Assembly (NCBI GenBank): GCA_026016225.1
Contig: CP061210.1
Location: 258,000 to 321,999 of the forward strand
DNA: 64,000 nucleotides
Origin: Candidatus Nealsonbacteria bacterium
Lineage (GTDB): Bacteria; Patescibacteriota; Minisyncoccia; Minisyncoccales; JANBVM01
Direction of reading: 5' to 3'
In this document: positions 49,854-56,919 of the stretch, piece after piece
How the letters are laid out: every line of letters begins with the position of its first letter
Position numbering within the stretch: the stretch's first letter is position 1
Program-made: the position numbers and the translations under genes
Notes under the pieces: generated by a model
The model's input: the letters and a program-made list of their open reading frames with translations, nothing else
What the model was told of the DNA's origin: nothing
Databases searched by the model: none

Positions 49854-52082
49854 ATGGGTAAAGAAAACAGAAAAAGTGAAAATCGAGGTTTAGAGAATTT
49901 TTGCCTTTCAATAATCAGATGGGGGACATATTTAATTTTATTCACTCCCTTAGTTATAAGCAGGAGTTCTTTTTTTCCCTTTGTTACCCCAAAGACCATT
50001 TATTTTAGGATTTTGGCTGAAATTATTTTTGCGGCTTTCTTAATTCTGGCTATATATTTTCCTCGCTATCGTCCAAAAATTAATATTCTGTCTATTTCAA
50101 TCTTTATCTTTGTCGGAGTATTGATTCTGACGTCTTTTTTGGGAATTAACTTTGAAAGAAGTTTTTGGAGCACTTTTGAAAGAATGACGGGTCTCTTTAC
50201 CTTTTTTCATCTTTTAGTTTTTTTCATTATTTTGACCAGCTGTTTCAAAAAAAGAGAAGATTGGGAAAAGATTCTTTCTGTTTCCATATTAGTTGGTATT
50301 TTGCTTTGTTTCTATGTTTTGCTTCCAGGAGAAATAGAAGTCTCTACCAGGGGAGGAGGGACAATTGGAAATACTTCTTTTATGGCAGCTTACTTACTGT
50401 TTGACATTTTTTTTGCCTTGATTTTGTTTTTGGAAAAAAAGACTTCTGGCTGGAGAATTTTCTCAGGATTATCTTTATTTTTGTTAATTTCAGTACTGCT
50501 CACTTCTACAGCCAGGGGTGCGATTATCTCTTTTTTGGGAGGGATGGTTCTATTTTTGTTGGGTTATTTAATTTTTTCAGGGAAAAAAAACCTGAAAAAG
50601 ATGGGGGTATTTCTAGTTTTGTTTTTAATAGTTTTAGGAATAATTCTTGCAATTTATCAACCTACTTTTATTAAAAATACAATTGAGATAACTTTACAAA
50701 AGATGAAACCCAGATTTGTTGTTTGGGAAAAGGCCTGGAAAGGATTTTTACAAAAGCCGATATTTGGCTGGGGTCCTGAAAACTTCAATGTGGTTTTTAC
50801 AAAATTTTTTAATCCCTGTATGTTTCTGTCAGAATGCGGAGGAGAGATTTGGTTTGACAGAGCACACAATATTGTTTTAGATAGCCTGGTTACCACCGGG
50901 GTAGTTGGTCTTTTAAGTTATTTGTTAATTTTTGCTGTTTCAATCTTTGGTCTTTTAAGAGTTTATCTTAAAGAAAAGAGGAATATTTTTTCTTTTTTGG
51001 GAATGGCGGTTTTGTTGATTGTTTATTTTTTTCAAAACCTGTTAGTTTTTGATATGATATCAAGCTACACCGTCTTTTTTTTGAGCCTGGGATTTGTCAC
51101 TTTTTTGATAACAGAGAAAGAAGATTTATTTTTTCAACCAGCTGAAGAATCATCCAATTCCCCTTTAGGGGTACTTGAAGAGGGTTTTGGCAGATATCTC
51201 ATTTCTGGTGTGATTGGGGTTCTAACTGTTTTTTTACTTTACTTTGGAAATATTCAACCTGCCAATAGCGCCGTAAACACAGTTCACATGATTGTTTCTT
51301 CTGTTAACCTGGAAAAGAGATTGGATTTTTACAAAAAAGCCCTAAATACCTTAATGGAAAAATACGAAATAAGGGAGCAGTTTGCCCAAAGGGTTTATGA
51401 AGCTGGTTTTGATTCAAAAGAAAACAGGCAGGTTTTGGAATCTGCCTTTCTTATGGCTGAAGAGCAGATGCAAGAGAGCATTAGAAAAAACCCCCTGGAT
51501 TTCCGCCCTCATCTTTTTTTTGGCAAGCTTTATTTTAGCGATTATTATTTTAGTCATAACAAAGAAAAGTTGATTTTAGCTGAAAAAATTCTTGAGAAAG
51601 CCATAGAATTAAGCCCAACAAATCAGCAGGGCTACTGGTATTTAGGTGAAGTTAAGAGAGCAGAAGACGAAGAAGAGGCAGCTTTAGATTTATTTGAAAA
51701 AGCAATTGATTTAGAACCAAGACTGGGTGTATCTTATTGGTATTTGGCTATGACCCATAAGATGACAGGTCAGTATGAAGAAGCCTTACAAAAGGTAAAA
51801 GATGCAGAAAAAGCAGGTTATAATTGGAAAAAGAACGTGAACAATCTAAGACAGGCAGCTGAAATTTATCAGGTTTTAAGAGATGATTTGAGCTTGTTAT
51901 ATCTTTACCAAGAGGCAATAGAAATTCATCCTGAAAATGCCGAGGTCTGGGCAGGTTTAGCCAACAGTTATGCCAACCTGGGCCAATTTGAAAAAGCAAA
52001 ACAAGCAGCTCAGAAAGTAATAGAGATTAATCCAGATTTAGCTCCCGAGGTTGAGCAGTTTTTAAAAGAATTACCCCAATAA
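49854..52082 (+). CDS. O-antigen ligase/O-oligosaccharyltransferase-family membrane protein with C-terminal TPR repeats
   Basis: Multi-TM, TIGN, TSTARGA, PIFGWGPENF, DRAHN; TPR-like helices at the C-terminus. Confidence 0.85.
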   Translation: MGKENRKSENRGLENFCLSIIRWGTYLILFTPLVISRSSFFPFVTPKTIYFRILAEIIFAAFLILAIYFPRYRPKINILSISIFIFVGVLILTSFLGINFERSFWSTFERMTGLFTFFHLLVFFIILTSCFKKREDWEKILSVSILVGILLCFYVLLPGEIEVSTRGGGTIGNTSFMAAYLLFDIFFALILFLEKKTSGWRIFSGLSLFLLISVLLTSTARGAIISFLGGMVLFLLGYLIFSGKKNLKKMGVFLVLFLIVLGIILAIYQPTFIKNTIEITLQKMKPRFVVWEKAWKGFLQKPIFGWGPENFNVVFTKFFNPCMFLSECGGEIWFDRAHNIVLDSLVTTGVVGLLSYLLIFAVSIFGLLRVYLKEKRNIFSFLGMAVLLIVYFFQNLLVFDMISSYTVFFLSLGFVTFLITEKEDLFFQPAEESSNSPLGVLEEGFGRYLISGVIGVLTVFLLYFGNIQPANSAVNTVHMIVSSVNLEKRLDFYKKALNTLMEKYEIREQFAQRVYEAGFDSKENRQVLESAFLMAEEQMQESIRKNPLDFRPHLFFGKLYFSDYYFSHNKEKLILAEKILEKAIELSPTNQQGYWYLGEVKRAEDEEEAALDLFEKAIDLEPRLGVSYWYLAMTHKMTGQYEEALQKVKDAEKAGYNWKKNVNNLRQAAEIYQVLRDDLSLLYLYQEAIEIHPENAEVWAGLANSYANLGQFEKAKQAAQKVIEINPDLAPEVEQFLKELPQ

Positions 52083-52091
52083 TACTAGATT

Positions 52092-52154
52092 AGAGGAACT
52101 GGTTTTGTAGGTTCAATGAAAAGAGCTAAAATTAATCAACTTTTACTTCAGTAA
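52092..52154 (+). repeat. Orphan diverged copy of the 3' end of the 30174..31931 gene
   Basis: RGTGFVGSMKRAKINQLLLQ* versus RGTGFVGLMTRTKINQLSAQ* (31869-31931): 15/20 aa identical, same stop position. Confidence 0.85.
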
Positions 52155-52202
52155 TTCTTCTACGGGGTTGACAGAATATTTTAAATTTGCTAATATTTAA
52201 AA

Positions 52203-52273
52203 TGTGAGTGTTCCTTCGGGACTCTTTCTAAGTCGACAATAGACCCCACTCGAGCGGGGCCTATTGTTTTTTT
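52203..52273 (+). ncRNA. Candidate ~70-nt small RNA
   Basis: TTGACA(52168)-17-TAATAT with TG extension; a cUUCGg hairpin; terminator ACAATAG-ACCCC..GGGGC-CTATTGT-T6; no ORF. Confidence 0.55.
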
Positions 52274-52305
52274 GACTCGCTTTTAGAGAATGTTAAAATA
52301 AAATT

Positions 52306-52360
52306 GGGCCGGGAGCAGCACTCACAAAAGACTTAGTATAAGGGTAAACTCTCCCGGTCC
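52306..52360 (+). ncRNA. Candidate structured RNA or murB leader
   Basis: Own promoter TTGACT(52272)-16-TAAAAT; 10-bp closing stem GGGCCGGGAG/CTCCCGGTCC with a 35-nt loop. Confidence 0.5.
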
Positions 52361-52368
52361 TTTAAAGA

Positions 52369-53295
52369 ATGAAAACTAAAACTAAAGAACTAAAAAATAT
52401 TCTTCCTGAAATACAATTTAATGTACCGCTTAAAGGTCACACCAGTTTTAGGATTGGAGGTCCGGCTAAATATTTTTTTGAAGCTAAAACAAAAAAAGAT
52501 TTAATTTTAGCGCTAAAAACAAGCAAAAAATTAAAATTATCTTTTTATATTTTAGGTGGCGGAAGCAAGCTCTTGGTTTCCGATAAAGGATTTAGGGGTT
52601 TTATAATAAAAGTTCAAAATTCAAAGTTTAAAGTTCAAAATTGCACTATTTTTGCAGAAGCTGGTTTATCATTAGAAAAATTAACTAAAATTGCAGCAAA
52701 AAAAAGTTTGACAGGGCTTGAGTGGTCAGCCGGAATTCCCGGAACAGTAGGAGGAGCTGTACGGGGAAATGCCGGTGCCTGGGAAAAATCAATGGGAGAT
52801 ATTATTAAGGAAGTTGAAGTTTTTGACGTTGAAAAACAAAAAATAATAAATTTGAATAACAAAAAATGTAAATTCAGTTATCGGAACAGTATTTTTAAAA
52901 AAAATCCAAACTTGGTTATTTTGTCTTGCCAAATTAAGCTTAGAAAAGGAAATAGAAAAAAAAGCGAGGAAGAAATGAAAAGCTATTTAGATTATCGTAG
53001 AGAACATCATCCCTTAGAATTCCCAACAGCTGGAAGTATTTTTGAAAACATTCCTTATGATAAAAAATCAAAAAGGAAAAAACCTGAAGCTATTCCTTCA
53101 GGTCGTATAATTGAAGATTGCGGTTTAGCTGGAAAAAAAATTGGAAATGTAAGAATTTCAAAAAAACATTCAAACTTTATTATTAATTTAGGGAACGGAA
53201 AAGCAAAAGATGTTAAAAAATTAATAAAGTTGGTAAAATTAAAAGTAAAAAAGAAATTTGGAATCAGTTTAAAGGAAGAACTTCAATATCTTTGA
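52369..53295 (+). CDS. murB: UDP-N-acetylmuramate dehydrogenase
   Basis: HTSFRIGGPA, GIPGTVGGAVRGNAGA, FSYRNS, AGSIFEN, KHSNFIIN. Confidence 0.95.
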   Translation: MKTKTKELKNILPEIQFNVPLKGHTSFRIGGPAKYFFEAKTKKDLILALKTSKKLKLSFYILGGGSKLLVSDKGFRGFIIKVQNSKFKVQNCTIFAEAGLSLEKLTKIAAKKSLTGLEWSAGIPGTVGGAVRGNAGAWEKSMGDIIKEVEVFDVEKQKIINLNNKKCKFSYRNSIFKKNPNLVILSCQIKLRKGNRKKSEEEMKSYLDYRREHHPLEFPTAGSIFENIPYDKKSKRKKPEAIPSGRIIEDCGLAGKKIGNVRISKKHSNFIINLGNGKAKDVKKLIKLVKLKVKKKFGISLKEELQYL

Positions 53296-53423
53296 TTAAT
53301 TTCGATAAATTTTTTTTTGCACAGTTGACATTAATTTTTCATAATGAGAAAATTAAATAAAGAAATAATTTTTATGGCGATAGCGGTCGACTATTTGCCC
53401 AAATATTTTTAAAATATTAAATC

Positions 53424-53525
53424 ATGGTAAAAAGAAAAAAGAAAAAGGCAAAAAAGAAAAAGGCAAAAAAAAGAAAAGCAAAAAAGAAAAAGACAAAGAA
53501 AAGAAAGAAGAGAAAGAAGAGATAA
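53424..53525 (+). CDS. 33-aa Lys/Arg-rich protamine/histone-H1-like peptide
   Basis: MVKRKKKKAKKKKAKKRKAKKKKTKKRKKRKKR*; TTGACA about 100 bp upstream. Confidence 0.65.
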   Translation: MVKRKKKKAKKKKAKKRKAKKKKTKKRKKRKKR

Positions 53526-53599
53526 ATGCCTTCCCCGCCTTAGTTTAAATATTTGCAAAAATTTTTAAAAATGTTATACTATAGAGGCGGGGTTTTATT

Positions 53600-54046
53600 A
53601 TGAAGATAAACATTGAAACCAAAAACATAACACTGAATCGGGCTATAGAAGATTTTATTAAAGAAAAAATAAATTCCCTTGAAAAATTTATAAAAGTGTT
53701 ATATAACGGAAAATATAAAAGTCCTTCCTCTGGTAAGGCAAAACCAGCACTTGTAGCATGGGTAGAGATTGGAAAAGAAACACTGCATCATAAGAGAGGA
53801 CCATTTTTTCGAGCCGAATGCCAAATAAGATTTTCAGGAAAGAGTATAAGAGCAGAAGCTATTTCAAAAGATTTAAGATTAGCAATTACGGAAGTAAAAG
53901 ATGAACTGCAGATAGGACTTAAAAAGCAAAAAGAAAAAATGATTTCAAAGGAAAAAAGAAAAAGTAGAGTTCTTAAAAAAAGAATGAAAATATCTCCCCA
54001 GGCAAGATTTGATCAGAAGGGGAGAACATTAGAAGAAGGTATTTAA
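53600..54046 (+). CDS. hpf: Ribosome hibernation promoting factor (HPF/RaiA family)
   Basis: MKINIETKNITLNRAIEDFIKEKI..IRAEAISKDLRLAI pattern; upstream of secA. Confidence 0.85.
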   Translation: MKINIETKNITLNRAIEDFIKEKINSLEKFIKVLYNGKYKSPSSGKAKPALVAWVEIGKETLHHKRGPFFRAECQIRFSGKSIRAEAISKDLRLAITEVKDELQIGLKKQKEKMISKEKRKSRVLKKRMKISPQARFDQKGRTLEEGI

Positions 54047-54158
54047 CCCTCAATCGCTTTTTTGTTTCACTCTTTGTTTTTCTCAACAAAAATTGTTGAG
54101 ACAGTTTTTCAGCATTTCCTATTAGAAAATGCTGAAAGATAAAGCGGTTGATAGAAAA

Positions 54159-54560
54159 ATGATTAAAAAAACAAAGAGATCCATACAATGGGTCAATCAA
54201 TGGGTCAATGGAAAAAAACAAAAATATGCCGGTATTCACATAGTTGCCGAATTTTGGGGAAGCAAAATCATAGAAGACTCAAAAGAAATTGAGAAGATTT
54301 TAATTACAGCTGCTGAAAAAGGGGGAAATACTCCTTTAGAAGTAACCACTCATAAATTTTTACCCCAGGGTATAACCGGGGTTGTTTTATTAGCTGAAAG
54401 CCATATTGCTCTTCATGCTTGGCCCGAATATAATTATTTAGCAATAGATATTTTTACCTGCGGGGAGAAGGCTTTTCCAGATAAATCACTAAACTATTTA
54501 AGAAAAAAATTTAATCCCAAAAAAGTTGAAATAAAAAAAATAAAAAGAGGAACAATATGA
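54159..54560 (+). CDS. speD: S-adenosylmethionine decarboxylase proenzyme (class 1B)
   Basis: HKFLPQGITGVVLLAESHIALHAWPE..DIFTCG with the ESH self-cleavage site; alternative start at 54129. Confidence 0.9.
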   Translation: MIKKTKRSIQWVNQWVNGKKQKYAGIHIVAEFWGSKIIEDSKEIEKILITAAEKGGNTPLEVTTHKFLPQGITGVVLLAESHIALHAWPEYNYLAIDIFTCGEKAFPDKSLNYLRKKFNPKKVEIKKIKRGTI

Positions 54561-54919
54561 AAGAAAATCAATCGAAAATTTATGGACAGGAATTGATTAT
54601 GGACCTTTATGACTGTGACCCAAAGATTTTAAGGTCAAAGAAGAAAATCTTAGAATATTCAAATAGGATTTGTAAACTGATTAAAGTTAAAAAATACGGC
54701 AGAGCAATCATCAAAAGATTTGGAACAGGTTCTATAGCTGGCTTTTCTTTGGTTCAGTTAATAGAAACCAGTTTAGTCTCTGGTCATTTTTCCGAACTGT
54801 GGGATAGGGCGTTTATCAATATTTTTTCTTGTAAGTTATTTAACGATAAAAAAACTAAGGACTTTACTAAAAAATTCTTTAAAGCAAAAAAAATTAAAAG
54901 TAGAACAATTATTCGTTGA
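54557..54919 (+). CDS. Second, divergent AdoMetDC-fold pyruvoyl decarboxylase
   Basis: YGQELIMDLYDC, GFSLVQLIETSLVSGHF, INIFSCK. Confidence 0.75.
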   Translation: MKENQSKIYGQELIMDLYDCDPKILRSKKKILEYSNRICKLIKVKKYGRAIIKRFGTGSIAGFSLVQLIETSLVSGHFSELWDRAFINIFSCKLFNDKKTKDFTKKFFKAKKIKSRTIIR

Positions 54920-54923
54920 AGAC

Positions 54924-55781
54924 ATGAAAAAATGGTTTTTTGAAAAAGGGCTTCCCAATATCGTTCAAGATTCTAAAATTGGTTGGAAACTGAAAAAAAG
55001 AATTTATTCTGGAAAAAGTAAATATCAGAAAATTGAAATTTTAGATACCTTCGCTTTAGGAAGGATTTTTGTTTTAGATGGTATTGTTCAATTGTCAGAA
55101 AAATATGAATTTATTTATCATGAAATGATTTCCCATCTGCCTTTATTTTATCACCCAAATCCTGAAAGAATTTTAATTATAGGAGGAGGAGATGGTGGCG
55201 TTCTGCGTGAAGTTTTAAAACATTCTTTAAAAGAAATTTTTTGGGTGGAGTTGGATTCAGAAGTAGTGGAAATCTCAAAAAAACATCTTTCATTTTTAGG
55301 TATAAAGAATTCTTTGAAACAAAAGAAAGTAAAACTATTTTTTGGAGATGGAGTGAGTTTTGTTAAAAAATTCAAAGACTTTTTTGATGTAATAATTGTT
55401 GACTCTACAGATCCGGCAGGTCCTTCTCTTCCTTTATTTCAAAAAAGATTTTATCAGAATAGCTTTTTGGCTTTAAAAAAAGAAGGAATTCTTATTACCC
55501 AAAGTGGAAATTTTTTAGACCAACTTTCAGAAATCAAGACCGTGATTAAAAATCTAACCCCTTCTTTTCCTTATGTAAAAGTGCATAGAATATTTACTCC
55601 TGATTATCAGGGTTCGGATTTTAGTTTCACTTTAGCTTCTAAAAAGATAAACCTGGAAGGTTTTAATATTAAAAAGATAGAAAAGAGATATAAAAAAATT
55701 AAGGGTTTAAAATATTACTCTCCTAAAATACATTTAGCTTCAGGAATTCTACCTAAATTTTATAAAGAAAAACTGGAATGA
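54924..55781 (+). CDS. speE: Polyamine aminopropyltransferase (spermidine synthase)
   Basis: SKYQKI, LDGIVQ, YHEM, IIGGGDGG, DVIIVDSTDP. Confidence 0.92.
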   Translation: MKKWFFEKGLPNIVQDSKIGWKLKKRIYSGKSKYQKIEILDTFALGRIFVLDGIVQLSEKYEFIYHEMISHLPLFYHPNPERILIIGGGDGGVLREVLKHSLKEIFWVELDSEVVEISKKHLSFLGIKNSLKQKKVKLFFGDGVSFVKKFKDFFDVIIVDSTDPAGPSLPLFQKRFYQNSFLALKKEGILITQSGNFLDQLSEIKTVIKNLTPSFPYVKVHRIFTPDYQGSDFSFTLASKKINLEGFNIKKIEKRYKKIKGLKYYSPKIHLASGILPKFYKEKLE

Positions 55782-55782
55782 T

Positions 55783-56907
55783 ATGGAAAAATTTTTGAGA
55801 AAGCTTTACAAAAAATTTTTAATTTTTGACCAAAATTATTATTTTCGGGATGTTAAAACCTGGTTTGGGGTAGGGGAACTTAAATTAACTAAAAAAATTC
55901 TTAAAAAATTTTATGAAAATTATCAAAAAGTTTCCTTTTTGGAATTTTTAAGTGATGTTAAAGACATAATTTATTCTAAAAATGTTTTTGACTTCATTAT
56001 TAAAAATGCAGAGGATGATTGGGACCTTTGGTGTTATTTGAAATTTTTAGAGAAAGAAAAGATAGTTAAGGTTAAAAAAAATGGTAAAGTTTCAGTTTTT
56101 AAAAAAGATATCTTTAAGATAATACCTCGGCCCCAAAGCGAAAAGGAAATAAAAAGAAAAATTGAAAGAAAATTAAAAACAAAGATTAAAGAAAAAAAAC
56201 CGGTCACCTCTTTATTTAAAAAATTTCAATTCTTTAAGATAAAAGCTGAATGGGACCAGATGCCAATTTCTCAATCCTCAGCCATTTTCCTTGTTAAAAA
56301 AATATTAGAGAGACTACCCTTAAAAGGTAAGTTTTTATTTGTTGGAGACGATGATTTTATTTCAATACTTTTAAGTTTAGCTGAGCCTAAAATAGAATCT
56401 CTTGTTATTGATGCAGACAAAGAGCTGCTTTCCTGTATTGATGAGCTTTCTTTAAAATTTAATTTGAAAATTGAAACCAAGAAGTTTGACGTAAGGAAAC
56501 AAGAACTTTTAGGAGAAAAGTTTATTGGGTTTTTAACAAATCCTATTTATACTGAAGCTGGAGTAAAAGCCTTTGTGAAATTTGGAAAAAACCAATTAAA
56601 TAAAGATGGTGGAATAGGATTTTTGGAGTTAGGGGGTGGAGATATTGGAAATAGATTTTTGTTTTTGCAAGATTTCTTTACTAAAAATAACTTGATTATA
56701 GAAGAGTTGATTGTGAATAAAATTTATTATCCTTACGTTATGCTTCACAAAGAAGACAAGGAAATCACAAAAAGACTTTCTTTAATGATTGATAAAAAAA
56801 TTATTAAAAAATCTCCTAAGTTAGGAGCTGCTTTGTATATTTTTGAGTATCTGCCCTTCAAGCCAAAAAGAGTGAAGTTTAAAAAACCAATATATGCATA
56901 TATTTAA
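55783..56907 (+). CDS. BpsA-like (branched-chain polyamine synthase/DUF43) aminopropyltransferase
   Basis: WDQ, FVGDDDFISI, VIDAD, TNPIYT motifs; in an operon with speD and speE. Confidence 0.68.
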   Translation: MEKFLRKLYKKFLIFDQNYYFRDVKTWFGVGELKLTKKILKKFYENYQKVSFLEFLSDVKDIIYSKNVFDFIIKNAEDDWDLWCYLKFLEKEKIVKVKKNGKVSVFKKDIFKIIPRPQSEKEIKRKIERKLKTKIKEKKPVTSLFKKFQFFKIKAEWDQMPISQSSAIFLVKKILERLPLKGKFLFVGDDDFISILLSLAEPKIESLVIDADKELLSCIDELSLKFNLKIETKKFDVRKQELLGEKFIGFLTNPIYTEAGVKAFVKFGKNQLNKDGGIGFLELGGGDIGNRFLFLQDFFTKNNLIIEELIVNKIYYPYVMLHKEDKEITKRLSLMIDKKIIKKSPKLGAALYIFEYLPFKPKRVKFKKPIYAYI

Positions 56908-56919
56908 AACGATAAGAGT

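Noticed and set aside
51160..51171. CCCCTTTAGGGG palindrome inside the ligase gene
   Set aside because: Single short occurrence in a loop region; cannot be distinguished from chance without genome-wide counts
54186..54209. 12-bp tandem duplication CAATGGGTCAAT in the speD 5' region
   Set aside because: In frame, in a non-conserved N-terminal extension; most likely a neutral slippage event
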